Of a stretch of DNA of 25,021 nucleotides, positions 23,778 to 25,021 are shown in pieces (the stretch's first letter is position 1; each line of letters begins with the position of its first letter). Both the position numbers and the translations under genes were made by a program. This DNA comes from Patescibacteria group bacterium. Its GTDB lineage: Bacteria > Patescibacteriota > Patescibacteriia > Magasanikbacterales > UBA922. The notes below the pieces were generated by a model. It was not told the DNA's origin, did no database searches, and saw nothing but the letters and a program-made list of their open reading frames with translations. The stretch covers positions 1 to 25,021 of the forward strand of contig JBBTQT010000136.1 in the NCBI GenBank assembly GCA_038065575.1, read 5' to 3'.

Positions 23778-24872
23778 CTACACCCCGATCACCACCGGCA
23801 AAACCATCGGCCGCTTTTCGGTTTTGGTGTAAATGAATTGCCCGATCTTGTCGCGGATGTCGTTTTTAATCTGGTTGGAATCAATCCAAGTAAGCGGATT
23901 GGATTCTATGACCATATTTTTCACTTTATGGCGGATGTCTTCAATCAATTCCTTGTTGTCCTTCAAAAACACGAAGCCGCGGGAAATGATATCCGGATTC
24001 TGAATCAATTTTCCGGTTTTGGAATCAACCGTCGCGATAATCACGATCATGCCGTCGGCCGCCAACACTTGGCGATCGCGCAAAACGATATGCTGGGTAT
24101 CACTCACGCCGAGACCGTCCACGAACACATAATCCGTGACTGCTTTCTTGTCCAGCGCTTTCATCGCGCCTTTCGTCAATTCAATGATGGTACCGTTGTC
24201 CGGAACAATAATGTTTTGCTCCGGAAATCCCGTCCCCAGCGCCAAATTTTTGGCTTCCTTCAAAAAATAATGATTGGCGTAGACCGGAACGAAATAGGTC
24301 GGCTTTACTTGCCCTAGCATGTCCACGATGTCGCGCCTCGTGGCGTGTCCGCTCACATGCACATCCATTAAATCGCCATGGATGACATGATCCGCTTGGC
24401 GGTAAATACTGTCTTTCAATCTTTGGATACTGCGTTCGTTGCCGGGGATGATGGAAGAAGAAAATATCACCGTATCATTGCGACGCAGTCTGATACTGCG
24501 ATGCTCGCCGGTCGCGATCCGGTTCAAGACCGCCCGATCTTCCCCCTGCGCGCCGGTGCACACCAACACCACCTGTTTTTCCGGATATTTATCAATATCT
24601 TTTACATCAATGAGAACATTTTTGGAGATATTGATATAACCCAATTGGCTGGCTACCTCAATATTCATTTTCATGCTAAACCCATCCAGCGCCACTTTTT
24701 TGCCAAGCTCGGCCGCCGCTTGAAGAATCCATTTAACCCTCTCCACCTGGGAGGAAAAAGTGGCGATCAAAATCCGTCCGGGCGCGTCCAGAAGCACGGA
24801 GTACAAATTGGCATACATTTCCTCGTAGGTGCTGTGGCGCTTGTCGTTGGTCGCGCCCAAACTTTCCAGCAA
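23778..24872 (-). CDS. rnj: Ribonuclease J, beta-CASP and C-terminal portion (homology lost above ~24872)
   Basis: ESLG, PGRILIATFSS, TGAQGE, SSIIPGNE, HVSGHA, VDGLG, DRQVLAADG, NPDIISRGF and RPMVLPV. Confidence 0.85.
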   Translation of the reverse strand: MLESLGATNDKRHSTYEEMYANLYSVLLDAPGRILIATFSSQVERVKWILQAAAELGKKVALDGFSMKMNIEVASQLGYINISKNVLIDVKDIDKYPEKQVVLVCTGAQGEDRAVLNRIATGEHRSIRLRRNDTVIFSSSIIPGNERSIQRLKDSIYRQADHVIHGDLMDVHVSGHATRRDIVDMLGQVKPTYFVPVYANHYFLKEAKNLALGTGFPEQNIIVPDNGTIIELTKGAMKALDKKAVTDYVFVDGLGVSDTQHIVLRDRQVLAADGMIVIIATVDSKTGKLIQNPDIISRGFVFLKDNKELIEDIRHKVKNMVIESNPLTWIDSNQIKNDIRDKIGQFIYTKTEKRPMVLPVVIGV

Positions 24873-25021
24873 TCCGACAATATCCGCGAAGCCAACATAG
24901 AACGCGCGGTTTCCAAATTCATCTACCGCACCAAAGACGAATTCTTTTTCCAAACGGATAGCGGCGGCCCCTCCGCGGCTGTCGGGGCAAGAAAATTCGG
25001 GTTCAAAGAAGATATGCTGGG
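24873..25021 (+). other. Segment not homologous to RNase J; possibly part of an unrelated plus-strand coding sequence
   Basis: The plus frame reads SDNIREANIERAVSKFIYRTKDEFFFQTDSGGPSAAVGARKFGFKEDMLG. The codon-aligned minus frame lacks the expected RNase J GD motif. Confidence 0.4.

Noticed and set aside
24873-25021. Intein or group II intron in rnj; PEP-utiliser phospho-His motif in the plus-strand peptide
   Set aside because: There is no His-Asn/Cys-Ser-Thr junction and no domain V sequence. TDSGGPSAAVGAR resembles TxxGGxTSHAAIVAR but lacks the catalytic His and is shorter.

Overview
A gene-dense window of mostly housekeeping genes, almost all on the minus strand. It is inferred to come from a Patescibacteria/CPR (Parcubacteria-like) genome, based on the gene families, the scarcity of Shine-Dalgarno sites and the type of RNase J. 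Left to right: 5' end of a probable mltG; a short GIY-YIG nuclease bracketed by CGTC-type REP palindromes; mannose-1-phosphate guanylyltransferase; prfB without the usual frameshift; one plus-strand PHA_gran_rgn-like gene; groEL-groES with a variant CIRCE; a promoter-driven structured ncRNA candidate; O-antigen-ligase-like protein; nucleotidyltransferase; PRC barrel; yidC; nusA; three exported proteins sharing an N-terminal motif; a membrane-anchored single-AAA Clp ATPase; a small membrane protein; a GT-C-like membrane protein; YraN; a methyltransferase; a small membrane protein; PGI/PMI; a sugar dehydrogenase; trpS; an AAA_14/DUF4143 ATPase; a NUDIX-PspC fusion; and RNase J, whose homology breaks near the right edge. 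The unusual content is mostly intergenic. Intergenic spaces hold a layered set of repeats: heptamer-armed inverted elements, palindromes inserted into them, and three CGTC REP types, one of which brackets a GIY-YIG gene the way REPs bracket RAYT transposases. The second highlight is a possible surface-protein export or modification locus at 11331-16760. All family assignments come from motif recognition by eye; no database search was run.
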